Part shown: piece after piece, positions 59,827 to 64,000 of the stretch
Layout: the number at the start of each line of letters is the position of its first letter
Position numbering within the stretch: the first letter of the stretch is position 1
Assembly (NCBI GenBank): GCA_026195895.1
Contig: JAPHRO010000042.1
Span: 19,086 to 83,085, forward strand
Direction: 5' to 3'
Length of the DNA: 64,000 nucleotides
Origin: Gammaproteobacteria bacterium
GTDB taxonomy: Bacteria > Pseudomonadota > Gammaproteobacteria > SZUA-229
Translations under genes and position numbers: made by a program
Notes under the pieces: model-generated
What the model was told of the DNA's origin: nothing
The model's database searches: none
The model's input: the letters and a program-made list of their open reading frames with translations, nothing else

Positions 59827-61446
59827 TTAAAACCCTCTAACAGCCACAATAGCCAAAACACTCAAGATACTTAGCCTGATCAAAGCCCATCGACCCGATA
59901 TTATATTTAACAGGGTTTCAGACGCATAAAATAAAACAATTAATCTAAGCGCCATTTCACCAATATGGCCTTCTTCAAATCCCATATCAGGTATATTGGG
60001 CACCACTATAACCAGCGACACCACGAGATAGTCTAACGGCGTGACCTGGAATGACTTATCCACCGAAAACCTGACTCGAAGCGCAAAGGCAATCGCTAGA
60101 AGCACAAACACATAATTAAGCATTTGACTATATTGCGGCTTGACAACATCAGTATCCAGCAAAAGATAAACAGCCATAACACAAACAATATAAACAATCG
60201 CCTTTTCGATAACTGTCACCTTGCCTCGGGCCAATAAAATATTAATGATAAACACTGCAAGTAAAATGGCTGATAATACTGCGAGGTCAGAATGAACTAT
60301 CTCAGAAAGCAAAACAGTAGCTAGCAACACCAGTGGCACACCGACTTTTAATAACCATGTCGGCCCTGCAGTAAGCCAGCCGGAATCACGCATTCTCCTG
60401 ACCAAATTCCTGAGTGCGGATCCCTTCTCTACATCCGATTTATGAAACTTCCATTTCTGCCTGTCGGCAATGTAGAAAAATGACAGCACGAGCAAACTAA
60501 ATGACAAATAACTTAGCAATAGCAATAAGTCCGATTCATACCGCAGCACATAAGCTGATACAATCAGTACAGACTGGACAATATAAATCAACATGACCGC
60601 TTCGTAATGGTCAAAGCCAAGAGCGAGTAATTTATGATGTATATGATTTTTATCGGGTGAAAAAGGTGACCGCTTTTCATAAATTCGTTGCGACATTACG
60701 GCTACCGTATCGAGTATTGGCAAGCCCAGAATTATCAGGGGCAGAACCGGGCTCATTGCAGTATTAACATTCTGGGTTAAAATAATTGCTAATACACCTG
60801 CGCTAAATCCCAGGAATTGACTTCCGGTATCGCCCATAAATAGTCTTGCTGGATAAGTATTATGCCGCAGGAAACCAAATATCGAACCCGCTACGGCCAT
60901 ACAAACCAGTACAACATTGACACCTTCCGCCTGCAATGCCAGCAGGCCTATAGCACATAAAGAAAGCAATGTCGTGCCACCCGCAAGACCATCGAGTCCA
61001 TCGGATAAATTTATTGCATTGGTAATACCAACAAGTGCAAATACAGTAAATGGAATCGCTAGTGCATCTGGTAAATCACCTACAAATGGCACTATTCTCA
61101 GAACGACATCACCATAAATCACAACGATAAGAACCGCTATAATCTGACCCAGAAATTTTATTTTATAATCCAGATCGCTACGATCATCCCATATACCAAA
61201 GAAAAGTAAGACAAGAAAACCCGCCAGCAAACTGATGATTTGATTGTCAAATTCAGCCCATAACACAATTGATAAAACAGAGCCAATAAGCATGGCAATG
61301 CCACCTACCCGAGGTATGGCACTGGTATGCACTTTGCGCGCATCAGGTAAATCTATTGCACCGATTTTATCCGCCCATTTCATAATAGGCGGTATTAAAA
61401 TCATAGTGACAACTAAAGCCACGAAAAAGCCAAACAGAAACAGCAT
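59827..61446 (-). CDS. MraY/WecA-family (GT4) polyprenyl-phosphate sugar-1-phosphate transferase with a long C-terminal membrane extension
   Basis: DLPDARKVHTSAIPRVGGIAM and the DDxxD-like IWDDRSDLD motif. 539 aa with about 11 or more TM helices. Confidence 0.7.
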   Translation of the reverse strand: MLFLFGFFVALVVTMILIPPIMKWADKIGAIDLPDARKVHTSAIPRVGGIAMLIGSVLSIVLWAEFDNQIISLLAGFLVLLFFGIWDDRSDLDYKIKFLGQIIAVLIVVIYGDVVLRIVPFVGDLPDALAIPFTVFALVGITNAINLSDGLDGLAGGTTLLSLCAIGLLALQAEGVNVVLVCMAVAGSIFGFLRHNTYPARLFMGDTGSQFLGFSAGVLAIILTQNVNTAMSPVLPLIILGLPILDTVAVMSQRIYEKRSPFSPDKNHIHHKLLALGFDHYEAVMLIYIVQSVLIVSAYVLRYESDLLLLLSYLSFSLLVLSFFYIADRQKWKFHKSDVEKGSALRNLVRRMRDSGWLTAGPTWLLKVGVPLVLLATVLLSEIVHSDLAVLSAILLAVFIINILLARGKVTVIEKAIVYIVCVMAVYLLLDTDVVKPQYSQMLNYVFVLLAIAFALRVRFSVDKSFQVTPLDYLVVSLVIVVPNIPDMGFEEGHIGEMALRLIVLFYASETLLNIISGRWALIRLSILSVLAIVAVRGF

Positions 61447-61459
61447 GAGTTACGGCCTA

Positions 61460-63049
61460 TTAGTTGGCTACATATTCGGGAATTACAGGGGCGATTTCCC
61501 TGCAAAAACTTTCCAGGCGTTTATCCGCAATAGAAATATCCTGCCCCGGTCTTAGCATCGTAGTTAAGCGCATCAATGCACCATCTGTTCGGCTTTTGGT
61601 CATTGCATCCCAGAATAAATACCACTTCATCATGTACTCATTGGTAACAATACGTCCACGCTGCTGGAACCAGTAGTAAACTAACTGTTTTATCTCACCT
61701 TTTTCTATCACCAGGCGATTAACCGTCATCGGAATATTGCCAATATTCAGACCCTGAATAGTATGATTTTCAAGACTGGTTATACGCCAGCCACCACCGG
61801 GAATACAGGAACGGGGGGAATGCGCAGATGCGCCTTTTTTCTGTGAAGCATAATAAGCCGAATAAAAATTAACACTTCCGCCATCCTCACCAACATAGTC
61901 AATCATTGCGTAATCAGAAAACTTCAGAGCATCAATATAAATTTGCTCCAGATAGCCAGTTTTACCAACCCAACCATCAAACTCTAGCGGGAATTCTACA
62001 TATTGTTTCCTGTCAGGGGTTATTTCTTCGCGATCTGGTAACGCAAACACACTGGCCGCCACTAGAACTATTATTGCTAAAGACGCATAGAACGGTTTCG
62101 GAATTTTACGGTAAATAATTTCAGAATCACTGGGTGTCGGCTCAGGAAAATCCAGTCCGAATGCTTCCCGCAACGGGAGTTTGTCCTTACCCAAACTCGC
62201 CAGAATCCACATTTCCAGAATCAATATAGCAATACAGCTCATAAACACGGCCCAGCCTTCAAAATCATGCAGAAAGCCTTCTGCCATTTCTGGCCCCCAA
62301 TATTCTACTGTTACACCAATAGCGCCAATTCTGAAGCTATTCATTAAAATAGTAATGGGGATGGAGGACAAAAAGATAATGGTTTTTTTCCAGAGTGCGC
62401 CGGTAAAGAAATACGCAGATATAAACGCAAGTGTCATTAGCGGAAACAAATAATTCAGGCCACTACATGCCTCAACAACCTGAAGCTTATATACGCCTAA
62501 ATCTATGACATTACCTTCGAGAAAAACACTAATATCAAACAGGCGGATAACAGCTACGCCAATTTGAGATGAGATAAGCTGGAGCTGTGACGATAAATTA
62601 TAGAAGAGGAAATTGGGTAATGGAATCATAAATAAAAGTATGACAAGTGGCACAAAAATAATCTTAAATGCCTTGTAACCCATCATTGAAAGGATCACAC
62701 CAAACAATGCTACTAAAAATGCATACTGTATTATTGTATAAATAGAGCTTAGTTCACCGGCGTAAAATAGGAACACCCCCAAAGCAACAACCAATACACC
62801 AATCCACGACCCATGAAATTCGGTGCTTTCAAGTTGATTTTTTTTCTGCCAGATTAAAAATGCAGTGATAACAGGTATTAGATAACCATGCCCATATTCT
62901 TCCCGTTCATTCCACCATTTCACCATCAGAGATAAACCGTCAAGGTAGACGTAGCAGGCCAGTAAAAAAACACCACCTACTAACATCCAGAATATTGCTG
63001 ACTCTCTCCAAATCCTTAACAATTCATTACCTTGTTGTTTAACTACCAT
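61460..63049 (-). CDS. exosortase (EpsH/XrtA-like) with fused C-terminal EpsI-like domain
   Basis: EEYGHGYLIPVITAFLIW (exosortase EEYSHG-type motif) and a catalytic-type Cys in VVEACSGLNYLF. The C-terminal roughly 230 aa after the last TM resembles EpsI-family proteins. Confidence 0.75.
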   Translation of the reverse strand: MVVKQQGNELLRIWRESAIFWMLVGGVFLLACYVYLDGLSLMVKWWNEREEYGHGYLIPVITAFLIWQKKNQLESTEFHGSWIGVLVVALGVFLFYAGELSSIYTIIQYAFLVALFGVILSMMGYKAFKIIFVPLVILLFMIPLPNFLFYNLSSQLQLISSQIGVAVIRLFDISVFLEGNVIDLGVYKLQVVEACSGLNYLFPLMTLAFISAYFFTGALWKKTIIFLSSIPITILMNSFRIGAIGVTVEYWGPEMAEGFLHDFEGWAVFMSCIAILILEMWILASLGKDKLPLREAFGLDFPEPTPSDSEIIYRKIPKPFYASLAIIVLVAASVFALPDREEITPDRKQYVEFPLEFDGWVGKTGYLEQIYIDALKFSDYAMIDYVGEDGGSVNFYSAYYASQKKGASAHSPRSCIPGGGWRITSLENHTIQGLNIGNIPMTVNRLVIEKGEIKQLVYYWFQQRGRIVTNEYMMKWYLFWDAMTKSRTDGALMRLTTMLRPGQDISIADKRLESFCREIAPVIPEYVAN

Positions 63050-63253
63050 AATAACTAATTAACCCCAAATGTACTGATTGAACCATAAAAAAAATGCAAT
63101 AGTATCAAATTCTTGCGATAATGAATGCATGTAGAGAAAAAAATAATTGAGAATCAATAGATTATCACACTATATTAACATATAAGACCTTTATAATAAT
63201 CTAATAGAACCTGCATATAACTTTAATCCATTTCTAGTAGTTGACATTTCACT

Positions 63254-64000
63254 GTGCACACGATTGACCTTTTCAGGAAATTATTTGTATTACTTCTAAC
63301 GAGAGGTTCCGGCCTTATCCTAACATTTGCAATTAGTCTCTTTCTGGCTCGCATATTTGGTGCAGATATCACTGGTAAATATTACCTGTTTATCTCAATC
63401 CTAACGGGTATGTCCATTATTACCAAGCTCGGCTTTAACAGCACATTAATTAAGTATTGCGCGCACCATTCCATAGTTCAGGAAAAAGAAAACATACGCG
63501 GATACTGGTATACCGCCAACAAAATATCATTCTTCCTCTCTGCCCTTATAATAACTCTGATCATATGTTTAAACGAGCTCGGTGTATTTAGCAGTTTTGT
63601 GAAAGACACCTACCAATTATTTGTCTACGCATGTATTGGCCTGATACCTTTTACAATACTAGGTCATAACATCGCTGTTCTTATTGGACTTAATCGTCAG
63701 GCCACTGCCAGTGTCACCGATACAATTGCACTACCTTCACTTTTCCTGTGCCTGATCGGAATTGTTTACTTCCATGATCCTATTCAGGAGGAAATTCTCG
63801 CACTATACACAGCTGCTTTAATAATAGTATTCATGATCAGCACACTTATATTATTCAAACAGCTGCACTCAAATAAAAAAACCGAACATGCTAACACAAA
63901 GATTATGTTAACCAGGTCCATGCCTGTTCTTGGAATCAACTTAACCAACTTTCTCACAGACTGGAGTGCAACCTACATACTGGCAATATTTGGCACGCTG
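63254..64000 (+). CDS. polysaccharide biosynthesis/export protein (Wzx-like PST-family flippase); 5' part only, runs off the window
   Basis: An open frame from GTG 63254 (in-frame TGA at 63242) to the window end. It reads MHTIDLFRKLFVLLLTRGSGLILTFAISLFLARIFGADITGKYYLF..., the typical N-terminus of PST-family flippases. It is not in the supplied ORF list because it lacks a stop. Confidence 0.6.
   Translation, partial: MHTIDLFRKLFVLLLTRGSGLILTFAISLFLARIFGADITGKYYLFISILTGMSIITKLGFNSTLIKYCAHHSIVQEKENIRGYWYTANKISFFLSALIITLIICLNELGVFSSFVKDTYQLFVYACIGLIPFTILGHNIAVLIGLNRQATASVTDTIALPSLFLCLIGIVYFHDPIQEEILALYTAALIIVFMISTLILFKQLHSNKKTEHANTKIMLTRSMPVLGINLTNFLTDWSATYILAIFGTL

Overview
This window looks like a gammaproteobacterial chromosome segment with moderate-to-low GC. 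Local synteny matches Enterobacteria and Pseudomonas: ratA-ratB-bamE/smpB, dnaQ-rnhA-mltD, purB-roxA.

Positions 1 to about 33.6 kb are mostly core genes. They include a complete assimilatory nitrate/nitrite locus: nirB-nirD-nasA plus an unusual fused FeS/membrane-anchor subunit, a divergent NNP nitrate transporter, and a PP2C-Ser/Thr kinase fusion. Both divergent promoters of this locus look sigma-54 type. The same region carries relA, fur, bamE, ratAB, an NSS transporter, smpB, dnaQ, rnhA, mltD, fumC, purB and roxA. It also carries several c-di-GMP/cNMP signalling proteins: two HD-GYP, one GAF-GGDEF-EAL, and one cNMP-rhodanese protein.

Positions about 33.7 to 64 kb are visibly AT-richer (not measured) and form an accessory PEP-CTERM/exosortase exopolysaccharide-type locus. 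It contains an exosortase with a fused EpsI-like domain, a WecA/MraY-family priming transferase, a bifunctional ATP-sulfurylase/APS-kinase, a partial flippase, and the regulatory triad PrsK (histidine kinase), PrsR (sigma-54 activator) and two PrsT TPR lipoproteins. There is also an extra stand-alone receiver that duplicates the PrsR receiver domain. Three secreted proteins carry a VPVPA-x-VWLFGSGL...RRR C-terminal sorting tag (a VPLPA/PEP-CTERM variant). A subtilase-like protein with thrombospondin-type-3 and dockerin-like repeats and a FadL-like outer-membrane protein are also present.

The most novel-looking part is a four-gene module embedded in this locus. It consists of a 616-aa surface protein whose N-domain is paralogous to a VPxPA-tagged protein but which ends in a different Cys-containing tag (GCSMS-TM-RLTRNK). 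Next to it are a CPBP (CAAX-protease-like) intramembrane protease, an unknown 366-aa protein, and a stand-alone LanM-like (DUF4135, lipid-kinase-fold) dehydratase-domain protein. A 27-codon mini-ORF lies among them.

Several non-coding signals are visible. A perfect sigma-54 promoter lies in front of one VPxPA gene. Five tandem 21-nt repeats lie upstream of prsT2. An (AAAAAG)5-6 simple repeat lies upstream of a sorting-tag gene. A 16-bp perfect inverted repeat with symmetric SD-ATG arms and several rho-independent terminators are also present. No tRNA, rRNA, CRISPR or transposase was recognised.
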